DNA of 64,000 nucleotides, from assembly GCA_964016885.1 (NCBI GenBank), contig OZ024741.1, forward strand, positions 153,760,001-153,824,000. The letters run 5' to 3'. Of this stretch, positions 27,700 through 39,779 are shown in pieces. Positions within the stretch are counted from its first letter, which is position 1. The number at the start of each line of letters is the position of its first letter. The notes under the pieces were generated by a model. The model did not search any database. It was not told where the DNA came from and saw only the letters and a list, made by a program, of their open reading frames with translations. Source of the stretch: Eledone cirrhosa. Taxonomy: Eukaryota. The position numbers were made by a program, and so were the translations under genes.

Positions 27700-27990
27700 C
27701 CTTATACTGTGAAATATCCAGCAAACACTGTAAAGTGGTCATGTAGGTGTCACAAAATAAGCACCCAGCCCACACTGTAAAGTGGTTGTGTAGGTGTCAC
27801 GACAAAAAGCACCCAGCCCACGCTATAAATGTGGTTTGCATTAGGAAGGGCATCCAGCCATAGAAACCTAGCCATAAAGAGTTCTATATGAGTAAGACAT
27901 GATCACCTGACTCAACTTGCCTCAAATGGGACAACCTGTCTAACCCATGCTAGCGTGGAAAATGGATGTTAAACAATGATGATGATGATA
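27700..27990 (+). mobile_element. Short element with an RTE-derived tail. Related copies about 21500-21760(-), 27995-28270(-), 46500-46630
   Basis: cacccag..cacactgtaaagtgg...aggaagggcatccagccatagaaacc... ends in taacccatgctagcgtggaaaatggatgttaaac(gat)n. Confidence 0.6.
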
Positions 27991-29449
27991 TATATTCATC
28001 ATCATCCTGCTGGCATCAGATTGGTTGTCACGGTTTGAAACTAGACATTTCAGAGAAACTTCATCTAGTGCATATGTTTCCATATTTGGCATAGTTTCTA
28101 TAGCTGGATGCCTTCCTACCATCTTACAGATGTACTTGGTATATTTTATCCTAGCACCAGCACTACCACTTATGGAATGTACTGGATGCATTTGATAGTG
28201 GCACCAGCACTACCATTTTAGAGTGTATTGGGTCTATCATGGCACCAATACTAGAGGTCATCATTGGGTCAGCCAGATTGAAGATTCCTCTCTAACCTAT
28301 ATTGTCAACTATACTTTGAAAGCAGTGTCCCAGCATGGTTGAATTCTAATAACTGAAGCCAGTTAATGAATAAAAAAAATACTATAAAGCTGGGATTAGT
28401 TAAGTGTGCTCTAAAGACCTGTAAAGATTTTGAAATACATCTGCTCCTAGCCTGATTGCTGGAGTAGTTGCATGCTTATTATCCATATTCATATTGTATA
28501 TGAGTCATATATGCCATAGTTCTGAATCACATTGAGTCAGTGCTGTTAATTAAAACTAACTGGTCATAGTTGCTCTAAATGTAAATAAGCTTTCACCAAG
28601 AATAGTTTGTTTAAATAATCTAAGAAAATATTGTCTTCCACACTTCAGTATCAGGAATTAGGTAAGCATACACTGATGATATGTAAAGACATTGAAATAC
28701 ATCCACCACTACCACACTGGTTGCTCTCTGTGATATATTCAGTGAATATTCAGACTATTCACAGTGGAACTAGATGTATGTCTATTATATGTAAACATTT
28801 TGTATATCGGTTCATGTACACCTTAATTCTGAATCAAGTGTTAAGTCTGGACGTTCTTCATTAAAATATCTAAGAAACTTCCCATCAGATGTAATTTCAT
28901 AAGAACAAAACTTGCATATGTGGGAGCTGTAAAAACAGCAATATAGTGTTAGTGTTAGTGTTATTGCTAATTAAAAAACAAACTTTTTTTCTAATGCAAG
29001 CTGTAATTTGTATTATTCTCATACTGATAATTTGCTTTTAAAAGTCTTATGTTGAGTTTTGTTAAACGATCTGCCATAAATTTTCAATTGGGCTTTTGTC
29101 TGGAGAGAGTCAAAACAGTGGAGCTCTAATTTCATCATTTCAGAAGAATGGTTTTACTTAATTTGGCAGAATGACCAGTAAGATGATCTAGATGATTGCT
29201 TCTGTCTTGGCTCATTATCAACATTATTGCTTGTCTTGGCTGAGTTCTCTGATGATTAGAAAGAAAAATAGTAGTACTTTAAAGAAATGTTACAAATTAG
29301 AGTGAACATATTGAGAACATTTGCTGGCAGGATCATTTAAATTCTATAATTTCGAGTGAACATTATTGAAAACGTTTGATGACAGTATAAATTAAATTAT
29401 ATAATAATCATACCAGAAGCATTAGCTATTTGATTTTTACACCAATATA

Positions 29450-29700
29450 TTAAATTTCATTCCTTTACATTCAAATTTGTGCTAATTTAAAACAATTCTA
29501 TTTCAGTATATTCAATTTTGTTGTAATTTAAAACAAATTTCATTTCAATATGTTAATTTTTGTGCTAATTTAAAACATTTTATTTCAGTATATCAAATTT
29601 TGCACCAATTCAAAACAACTTTTATATTAATGTATTATTCAATTTTGTGCCAATTCAATTCCAATTTTGTTTCAATATATACAAGTATAGTAGCAATTTA
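29450..29700. repeat. Degenerate ~41-bp AT-rich tandem repeat
   Basis: ttcaattttgtgctaatttaaaacaa..tatttcagtata repeated about 5-6 times. Confidence 0.75.
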
Positions 29701-29968
29701 TATTATTGTTTTATGACTTGCACTATAAAACATTCTATATAGATAAAATCTTTTTCTTAACTGATATTTATTAAATTTTAATGAGATTATTTTAATGGAT
29801 ACATTTTTTTTTGTTTTCTTTAAAGAAGTAATTGTTTTTATAGTTCCATTAGGAGAAAGGAACTGTGCCTAGGGCCTCTGAGGAAAATTTCTTTATAGTA
29901 GCTTCTATATTTACAAATTTTCAAATATTATCATTGATTATATTCAATTACTTTTTATTATTTTGCAG

Positions 29969-30163
29969 ATGGCATTTCGAGTGCGGAGCTCTAAATATCG
30001 CCATATTTTTGGCAGTCCATATCGAAAAGAGCTATGTTACGAAAATGTACATATTACAAGGAATGCACATGACAGTAATTTCTGTGCTGTAAATCCAAAA
30101 TTTTTAGCAGTAGTGATCGAAGCATCTGGCGGAGGAGCTTTTTTAGTTCTTCCATTGGATAAG
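29969..30163 (+). CDS. CORO2: Coronin core exon 1 ([15 protein letters not shown]...[12 protein letters not shown])
   Basis: Acceptor ttttgcag|ATG and donor AAG|GTAAGG, 195 nt. Carries the coronin N-terminal signature [10 protein letters not shown] and [22 protein letters not shown]. Confidence 0.97.
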
Positions 30164-30286
30164 GTAAGGCGGTTTTCTGTTTTGATTCATTATCACTGGA
30201 TGTGTAATGTTAATGGGTGTGAATGATGAAGCACAGATGAGTTCAAAGGAAAACTAAGTTTAAGAAGAATCAGATGTAGTGTATAA

Positions 30287-32812
30287 CAGCATAGGTTAGT
30301 CGTCAGTGATATCACAGTAAGCAAGAGATGGATTGAGACATACAGGAAGGTGAGGAGAAGAAAGGTCTGGAAGTTAAAAGACGTTTCACTAAAATACAAA
30401 TTTAGGAAAGCCCTTCAAGATGTGTATGACGAAAAAGACGATTAAGAGTTGTATGACATAGATGATAACTGGAATTTCTTACGTGACAACTTACTGCAGG
30501 CTATTGAAGAAACTTGTGGCTGGAGCAGAGCTCCAACCAGACAGAGAGTGATCTGGTGGTGGAACAGCATGGTAGATAGGGCCATTAAAGACAAAAGACT
30601 AGCATGGAATGCTTGGAAAAATGGTGGGAGGAGAGAAGGATATACAGCCGCTAAGAGAGAAGCTAGACGTCAGGTGTACTTAGCACGCAGTGAGGCTGAG
30701 AGTTGGAGGTTTGCCAATGTTCTGCGATGGGAAGATCAGAGACGTGCAGTGTTCCGCATTGCAAGGCAGTGTGTCAGTGCAAATCAGGATGTTGTTAGAG
30801 ATAAATGTGTCCTGAATGATGCCGGTGTACTTAGTGTCACGAATGATCAGAAAAAGGAGGCCTGGAAATGTCATTATGAGAGACTGATGAATGTGGAGAA
30901 CGAATGGGAGAGAGAGAAATTACCTCAAGTAAATCCGACAGAGGGACCAGCTATTGAAATTGACGAATATAGGGTCCAAGAGGCGATTAAGGAAATGAAA
31001 AATGGTTAGGCTGCTGGACCGTTGGGGATAGTTGCCGAGATGCTGAAGGTGTCAGGGGACGTAGGCAGTAAACTGGTTGCACGCATCATCAATCGAGCTA
31101 TATATGGCGGTGTCATACCCTAAGACTGGTGAAGCAGTATTCTCATAAATTGCTACAAAGGTAAAGGGGATGCTCTGGAGAGGAGCAATTATAGGGGCAT
31201 AAAACTGATGGATCAGGTCATGAAAGTGGCAGAAAGGATATTAGTGCAACTAATTAGAGAAAGGGTCAAACTAGATGAGATGCAGTTTGGTTTTGTGCTT
31301 GGGAAAAGTACAACGGATGCCCTCTTCTTAGTGAGACAATTACAAGAGAGGTTCTTAGAGAAGAATAAGCCACTATACTTAGCTTTTGTTGACCTAGAGA
31401 AGGCCTTTGATAGGGTACTCCGATCTGTCATCTGGTGGTCCCTAAGGAAGCTGGGTGTTGAGGAATGGCTTGTGAGGACAGTGCAAACTTTGTACAGAGG
31501 TGCTGTCAGTAAAGTGAGGGTAGGAATGGAGTTTAGATACAAGTAGGACTACATCAGGGTTCGGTTCTCACCCGCTCTTGTTCATTATAGTCCTCCAAGC
31601 CATAACAGAGGAATTTAAGACTGACTGTCCATGGGAACTTCTGTATGCTGATGATCTGGTTCTTATAGCAGAATCAGTAGAGGAGCTGGAGAATAGATTC
31701 TGGCTATGGAAACAGCAGTTGGAATCAAGAGGACTGAGTGAACCTAGCTAAGACGAAAGTGTAGATGAGTAGAAAAGAGGGCAAAACTCTGATTCCGTCA
31801 GGGAAATGACCATGTTCGATATGCAGAAAAGGAACAGGCATAAATTCTATAAAATGTACACAATGCAGATCTTGGGTACACAAGAGATGTAGTGGGATAG
31901 CAGGCAAACTAACAGGTAGGGAGAAATACGTATGCACTAGATGTACAGGGAAATGTGACAGTAGAAGTCGCATTGATAGACACATTTTTCAAATGCAGGT
32001 GGGTGCTATAGAAGTGGTTGATAGCTTCCGGTACCTAGGTGATCAGATTAACATGGGAGGGGGTGTTCCGAGGCTATAGTATCTAGAATAAGGACGGGTT
32101 GGAAGAAGTTTAGGGAGCTGCTTCCTCTGCTGACAAAGAAGGGTTTCTCCCTGAGTATGAAAGGCTGGTTATACGATGCCTGTGTGAGGAGCGCGATGCT
32201 GCATGGTAGTGAGACATGGGCAGCAACTGCAGAGGATATGCGACGGCTGGAGAGAAATGAGGCAAGCATGCTCCGTTGGATGTGCAATGTCAATGTGCGT
32301 GAACGGCTGAGCATGGATGTGTTGAGAGAGAAACTGTCTGAGAAGGATAAATTGTTGTGTGCAGGAGAGGAGACTGCAATGGTATGGACATGTGATGTGC
32401 ATGCAGAATGACCAATGGGTGAAGAAGTGCCAAGACATGCGAGTTGAAGGAAGACCACGAACAACATGGGCGGAGGTGGTGAGAGTGGACCTCAGATCGC
32501 TGAAGCTCACGGTGGAGATGACAAAGGACCAAACCATGACAAGTGGAGAGATGCTGAATAGGACCCGTCCCACCCTTGCAAGCGCAGACCTCAGATCGCT
32601 GGAGCTCACGGTGGAGATGACAAAGGACCATGACAAGTGGAGAGATGCTTTGCTGAATAGGACCCGTCCTACCCTTGCAAGCGCAGACCTCAGATCGCTG
32701 AGGCTCACGGTGGAGATGACAAAAGACTGTGACAAGTGGAGAGATGCAGTGCTGAATAGGACCCGTCCCACCCTTGCAAGCAGGGAAAAGCGGACGTAAA
32801 ATGATGATGATG
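30287..32812 (+). mobile_element. 5'-truncated, decayed RTE-clade LINE (end of APE, RT domain, (GAT)n tail)
   Basis: QHRLVVSD, NYRGIKL, QFGF..KSTTDA, FVDLEKAFDRV, HQGS, LYADDL and FRYLG motifs with stops and frameshifts. 3' end ggacgtaaaatgatgatgat. Confidence 0.95.
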
Positions 32813-34154
32813 TAAGGTATATAGATGATGATCAATGGGTGCCAAGAGTTCCAAGTGGAAGGAAGCCGAGGAAGACCATGGAAGATGTGAAGAGAAGTGG
32901 TGAGAGCTGATGTGAGGGTGCTGAAGCTGACAGAGGAGAGGACAAATGAATGCAACAGATGGAGAGAAACTGTGAAAGAGGAAGACAAAGAACGAGGTGG
33001 AGGTGGTGAGAGCAAATCTTAAAACACGGATGATGAAGAAATGCAAGAGTTGGCAAAATACAGTGTATTACAACACACTTCTCTCTATATTGTTCTGGAG
33101 CCAGTAATGGTGAGATTAACATATTGATAGTAAATTTTTAGTAGATTTCAGTAAATCCACACCAGATTCTGGTGTGGATTTACTGAAATCTTAATGGTTT
33201 AGATCAGAAATGTATGGCATAGAAGTCATTGACTTTTATGTAGGCTCCTGAAATTCTTCAAATAGCTAATAATGAATTATTCTATGTAAAAAGTCAATAT
33301 TTTGGAGTTGCACTTGGTTAGCAAGTGACTTGATTTAAGACCATGTATTGAAACAAATGCATTGCGGAAAGTCATTTTCATCATTGAAAAAAACAAAAAA
33401 CACAAAATCACCCTAAAACTCTTGAATTCACTTTTTATTTACCATTTATTTTGTAGTATCCAAATTTTCATTGCCCTCTTTCTGACCTGGTCACTGATAC
33501 AGTTCCACTGAGCTGAAGTGGAATTGTTGGTAACCAGGTTGTACATGGAGCAACAAACATTTTGACACCACAAAATAATTCATCATCCCTCAATTTTTAC
33601 CACTGCTTGCATGTGCAAAGTGAAGTTAACAGTTTTTCAGTTTTTATACTTTTTAAATACTCTTAAATAACTCTTCTACGATATTAATCATGTTCCACTA
33701 AAATCACCATTTTCAATAAATTTGCATGTATGATTTTATGTTAACTCTTTTATTACTATATTTATCATGAAAATACTGCTTATAATTGGGAAAATAATCA
33801 ATAATTTAGAGGGATTTAGTAATATAACTTTCTCATTATGATGAAAGGTTTTTAGATAAATAAAACAAATTAAAACAAATAGTTTTAAGCAGTTTGGTAT
33901 CAATAGTTAAAATCTATAAACTCTAATCACTTAATTGAAAGCTTCATATACTGATAAATAACCAATTAAAATCAACATTCAATCTTATAATTTAATGATT
34001 TATTTGTTAAGTAAATATCTGAAATATATTCCATAATTTTATTTTTAATGCAAGATGTTTATAAGATTATATAATTTAATAATATTTTTGAAAATGTTAC
34101 AAGTCCAATTTATATCAGATGATCTTTAAATAATGTTTCAGATTATTAATTAAT

Positions 34155-34323
34155 TGTTTCTACTTTAGGCACAAGGCCAGCAATTACCCAGTACATTACT
34201 GGTACTTTATTTTATCGACCCCGTAAGGATGAAAGGCAAAGTTAACCTCGGCGGGATTTGAACTCAAACCGTAAAGGGACGTAACAATGCTAGAAAGCAT
34301 GGCGTCCAACCCTCTACCGATAC
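34155..34323 (-). mobile_element. SINE family 1 copy with a 12-bp TSD
   Basis: TSD ttattaattaat at 34143-34154 and 34324-34335. Confidence 0.9.
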
Positions 34324-34424
34324 TTATTAATTAATGAACAATTATAAGATACTTAACTAAGTGAAATTTTGATTTCTCATGAAAATGTATATTTATTCAA
34401 AGCTAGAGGAAATACTGTATTTTA

Positions 34425-34965
34425 TGCAGTATCATTACGGCCCTTTATGATCTCAGTTCAAATCCCTTTCATCTTTACGGGGTCGATAAAATAAAGTACC
34501 AGTAATGCACTGGGATAATCGCTGGCCTTGTGCCAAATGTAGAAACAATTATTATTAGGATTGGTAGTATCGGTAGTGTATCAGACAAAATGCTTTGTGG
34601 CATTTAGTTACAAATTTCTATGTTCTGAGTTTGAATCCTGCTGAGGTCAATTTTGCCTTTCATCCTTCCAGGGTCAATAAAATAAAGTACCAGTAAAATA
34701 CTGATGTCGATTTAATTGACTCTTCTTAACCCCTGAACAATTGCTGGCCTTGTGCCTAAATTAGAAACTGTTATTATTACTATTGAGGGTGGTGGATTGG
34801 TAGAATCATTATTAGAGTGTCAGATAGAATGCAGTGTAGGTATTTGTTCTGGCTTTCTAAGTTCCGAATTTAAATCCCGCCAAGGTTAACTTTGTATTTT
34901 GTCAAGTACTTTCTCCACCCACCAAAATTGCCTTGTGTAACCTTGTGCCTAGATTTGAAACAATT
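34425..34965 (+). mobile_element. Three head-to-tail SINE family 1 copies immediately upstream of coronin exon 2
   Basis: Three successive tails ccttgtgcc..aatt/tagaaac ending near 34550, 34770 and 34963. Confidence 0.8.
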
Positions 34966-35007
34966 ATTATCATTAAAGAAATTGTAATTATTTATCTATT
35001 TTTCTGA

Positions 35008-35142
<135 letters not shown>

Positions 35143-35177
35143 TGAAAATATTTAATGGTGAATTGGTATTTTAGTTC

Positions 35178-35400
35178 CACTTTGTAGCATCCTGGGCAAG
35201 TGTTATAGTCCCACTGGGTGGCACCTTGGGCATATGTTTTTGTTTTAAACCCACTTTGTGTCACCTTGCGCAAGTGTCTTTGCTTTAGACCCACTGAGTG
35301 GAATCTTGGCAATTGTCTATACATTGTGTGGTCTCTTGGGCAACTGTCTTTGCTTTAGAGCCACTGAGAGGCACCTTGGACAAGTGTCTTCTATTATTGT
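35178..35400 (+). repeat. Degenerate tandem expansion of a SINE-core segment
   Basis: cccactg.gtggcaccttgggcaagtgtctt repeated about 5-6 times, then continuing into SINE-3-like sequence. Confidence 0.65.
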
Positions 35401-35574
35401 CTTCAGTTGACTGTCTTGTGAATGAAATTTGATAGATGGTATCTGTGTGTGTATGTTAAAGTTTAAACCAAGGTTTGGTAGATAATTGCATGTGGGTTTT
35501 CTTGTCCAATTTTTTTTTCTATAAATAAAATTGGCTTATGAGTATATGTAGTAATCACACACATACGCATGCAT

Positions 35575-35609
<35 letters not shown>

Positions 35610-35654
35610 TGAGGAAGGATTTCTACAAGTGTTTCTATTATTTGTTTTGGTTAG

Positions 35655-35801
35655 GTGAAAATTTGGAGAATTCCTAACATCATGCACAATAACTTAACTG
35701 AGTGGGCAGTTGATCTTCATGGTCATCAACGTAAAGTGACAAATATAGAATGGCACCCAACTGCTTCAAATATCATTCTTAGTACTGGAATGGACCATAA
35801 G
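35655..35801 (+). CDS. CORO2: Coronin core exon 3 (VKIWRIP...GHQRKVTNIEWHPTASNIILSTGMDHK)
   Basis: ggttag| ... AAG|GTAATT, 147 nt. WD40 with the WHPTA coronin motif. Confidence 0.97.
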
Positions 35802-37016
35802 GTAATTCTCTCTTTCTTTTTAACTGCTATGAATATGTTTTGTTTTCATCATCATCATCATTGTTTTTACGTCAACTTTTCCCTGCCAACATCTGTTGGA
35901 TAGGATTTTGTTAGGCAATATTTTACAGTATGATGCCCGATGTCAACTCTTTTAATCATTTCTTACGACACAGATACAGTGTACCTGTTCTAAACCTGAT
36001 ACATTTATGAATTTAAATTAACATAATATACTATATTTTCAGGATATAACATTATTTGGTGTACAAGACAGTGGAGTATAAAAAGCTCCTTGTTTTGGAA
36101 AAAATATAGTAGTATGAATTTAACTAAGCTATTTTGGGACCAGACATGGGCTCCATTAGCCGCAGGGAATGCAACCCATCAGGAGAGCAGTCACTCTGAA
36201 TAAAAAAAATTGATACGGGTAGATAGGACCCTTAAGTCTTGTCAGATAACCTATCTAGTGTTGGTGCCATGATATAATGTATTTAGTTCATGCTGTAAAG
36301 TGGTTGGTAAAATATGCAAGGCATCTACTGCAAAAAAATCCATGATGCTGGCAGGTTTTGAAATACATTTTCGGATAAAACAAGTTTGACTTAAACACTG
36401 AAAAATATTGTGTATCTGATATTATTATGAATAGAATAAATTACTGAAATACAGGGATTTATCAGTAAATTACATTTTTCAGCCAATGGAATTTGAGACA
36501 TTCAGAGGAGCTGGGCTACTGACAAAGAGGTTTTTGTCATTGTTAGCAGCTTGCATTAGGTGATGCCCTGGGTGAGGGAGCTTAGCTTTTCTAACACCTT
36601 ACCCTCACTATCATTTGCTTATTACCATGAGTGTCTTGGTGTGTCTCAAAGATGTTTGGAGGAAAACACCAGCATTCATTGTGGTAGTGTGTAATTGAGG
36701 CTGCATATCTTTAAGGAACAACACCAGCATTCCCTTTTGTAGAGTGTAATTGAGGGTATATGTCTTTTCCCATTTTTTCCTTTTTTTCTTCTTTCTAATT
36801 CTTGTTTATTGAATTATTCCATTTGTAAATCATAAACATATATTTTAATTTACACCATTTATTTGTTGAATAAAATGATAGGTTTCTCCATATCACTAAT
36901 TAAAATGATGTGAATTAATGTAGTTTCCAATTTTTTTCTATTGTAAGAATTTTTGAATAAAACAAACATTTTAATATTCATGATTATTATCATTTTACTT
37001 TTACTGTATCTTTTAG

Positions 37017-37181
37017 TGTATTTTGTGGAATGTTGAGCAAGCTGAACCTCTTAACGTCATGAACTGCCATACTGACACTGTGTTTTCAATAACATGGAAC
37101 CGTGAAGGTAGCCTTTTCGCTACAACCAGCAAGGATAGAAAGATCAGAGTACTTGATCCAAGAACTGCCCAAGTAGCAATA
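37017..37181 (+). CDS. CORO2: Coronin core exon 4 (CILWNVEQAEP...SKDRKIRVLDPRTAQVAI)
   Basis: ttttag| ... ATA|GTAAGG, 165 nt. WD40 with the KDRKIRVLDPR motif. Confidence 0.96.
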
Positions 37182-38321
37182 GTAAGGTGATATTTATGAT
37201 GTATGTTTAACCCTATTGGTATATTTCTAACAAAATACTCTGCCAATGTGTTTCAATTAATTTTTTAAATAATCAAAAATTTAGAGGAATTTAGTAAAAT
37301 AAATTTTCATTAGTAAGCTGATGTTTGGAACATAAGAAAATGTTGATATAAGTATGAACACTTTAAACGAGCAGTTTTGTATCATACAACCAGGGGTGGT
37401 TTCAGGTGGGTTCGTAAGAAAAGGCTTAATTCTGCATTATATTTAGGATGCAGGAATAGCTGAGTAGTTAAAAAGCTTGCATTACAATCATGAGATCTCA
37501 GAAATTGGGTTTCTTAGAAACTACATGGATTCTCATCAGATGGATTGTATCTGTAATTTAAAGGTCCAGCCTTGACACATATTGTGCTATGCTGATTCTG
37601 CCTGAAAATTACGTTAACCCTTTCATTACCATATTTCTCATAAAATATACCAAATCAAACTGAGTGTGTTTTACTGTTTTTTGGCAATATTAGGACAACA
37701 AGACCCTTTCCAAAATATAACAAATACTATATTTAATTAATGAAGAATTTGGAGGGATTATTAATTATTTCATTATCAAAATGGTATTTGTAATATAATG
37801 GAAGAAAACGTTCTCATATAAAATTATGTTGGAAGGTACTGATTTAAAAATTAAATAATTTTGTTTCATAGAGCCAGAAAAAGTTTTGGGTGGTTTGATA
37901 TCAAAAGGTTTAAGGGAACACTGTTGTGGAATGCTCAACCACATACATTTTAATTCATAAGTCAGAATTCAGTTATTAGAACAACCGAATGATCATTGTT
38001 GAAAGCAATAGAGAATCCATCATTGTATATAATAGGAAATACCTGCAATTATACTTCTTTAGTTCCTTTTGTTTCCTATGGAGTATTGAACGACAAAAGA
38101 TCTCTACTCCACAAAGTCTGAATCCCTGTCATGAGCCCATGTCAGCCAGGTCTTATTCCATAGACTCTCAAACATGTCTTTATAGATCTGCCTTGGTTTT
38201 TACTATTGCTTCCTTGCTTCTGTTCAAGGAAGATCCTCATTGGTGTCTTTATGGCCAAGCACCTTACCTCATTGTATGGTGATGATATCCTGTAGAATAC
38301 CCAGTCAGGCTCTTTCTAATA

Positions 38322-38509
38322 TTTGTTTCTACGTTAGGCACAAGACCAGCAATTATCCAGTGCATTACTGGTACTTTATTTTATCGACCCCGTAAGGATG
38401 AAAGGCAAAGTTAACCTTGGCGAGATTTGAACTCAGAATGGCAAGGGCCGTAACTCTATACGTCAAAGCATGGCGTCCGACCCTCTACCAATACTGCCAA
38501 TCCACCGTT
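38322..38509 (-). mobile_element. SINE family 1 copy with a 13-bp TSD
   Basis: TSD gctctttctaata at 38309-38321 and 38510-38522. Confidence 0.9.
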
Positions 38510-39175
38510 GCTCTTTCTAATAATGGAGAAATAATTAGAAAACTTTCATTTTGCAGCTGAAATCAAAATTTATTCAGTGAAAGAATTGAATTTCTAATGT
38601 TTAACACTTTTTATACCAAACTGTATAGTTTAGTGTTTATATTTATCATAACTTTATGTAAGAACCTCTAAATTATTTTCCAGACACCACTTAATAATGA
38701 GAGTTTTATTATTAAATCTTTCAAAATTATTTGAAAATCACTGGCAGTGTCTTTCATTAGAAATATGGCAATGAAAGGGTTAAACTTTCTGAAAATATTA
38801 TTATTCTATCAAAGCAGTAAACAATGTATTCAGTGTAGTATTTTTTATATATAAAAACTCAAAAGTCCTGCAAAGTAATATTTTTCTTAATTTAGTTGTT
38901 TGCATAGAAAATAAATTGTGTATTTCATTTCTTTTTCGACACATTGTATTAATTTTATCTGCTTGCTTTCGTATTCTCTTTTCCTCTCTTTCTTTCTATC
39001 TCTCTCTGCTTCCCTCTCTTTATCTTCACCTCTCTCTGTATTTCTCTTCCCCTCTCTCTATTTATATATTTAATCTTTCCTCTTTCTTTCAGAATTTTAA
39101 CTTTATTTATTCAATATATTTAAATTAGGTAAAGTATTTTTGCAAATTTAGTTTAATTTTTAAAAATTATTTTAG

Positions 39176-39295
39176 GAAGGAAATGGCCATCAAGGTGTGA
39201 AAGCTTCCAAATCTGTTTTCCTTGGAGACACAAACCGGATTTTCACAACAGGTTTCTCAAGATCCAGTGAACGGCAATATGCTATTTGGGATGTG
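39176..39295 (+). CDS. CORO2: Coronin core exon 5 (EGNGHQGVKASK...FTTGFSRSSERQYAIWDV)
   Basis: ttttag| ... GTG|GTAAGG, 120 nt. TTGFSRxSERQ is a coronin motif. Confidence 0.96.
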
Positions 39296-39605
39296 GTAAG
39301 GACATATTTCAATTTATTTTCCATTTCACATTCATATCTTAAGTTTTGCTGTTGAATTCTGTAATGGTTAACTTGTTATAGGTAAAATAAGTATTGGTAA
39401 ATTATTGTAGTTAACTCCTTTATTTACTAAACTACCTGAAACTGACCCTAATTCTACTATAGAAAGCTGTTTATTTAAAAATATTTCTTTAAATTTAAAC
39501 CTATCATAATTTTAAGTAAGAAAATGTTGTTATTTCATGCTCAAAATAACGAGAAAGTTAGTCATATTACTAAATCCCTAAAAATTCTTCATTATTTAAA
39601 AAAGA

Positions 39606-39779
39606 TGGCAGTATCGGTAGAGGGTCGGACGTTATGCTTTCCAGCATAGTTACGTCCCTTTACGATCTGAGTTCAAATCCCGCCGAGGTTGACTTTGCCT
39701 TTCATCCTTACGGGGTCAATAAAATAAAGTACCAGTAATGCACTGGGTAATTGCTGGCTTTGTGCCTAAAGTAGAAACA
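39606..39779 (+). mobile_element. SINE family 1 copy with a 15-bp TSD, inserted in a MITE-A
   Basis: TSD attatttaaaaaaga at 39591-39605 and 39780-39794. MITE-A sequence resumes on both sides. Confidence 0.9.

Noticed and set aside
30449-32411. Active reverse transcriptase gene
   Set aside because: 5'-truncated, with multiple in-frame stops and frameshifts.
32169-33122. Long minus-strand ORFs (200 and 241 aa)
   Set aside because: Antisense frames over the RTE 3' end and its 99-bp triplication.
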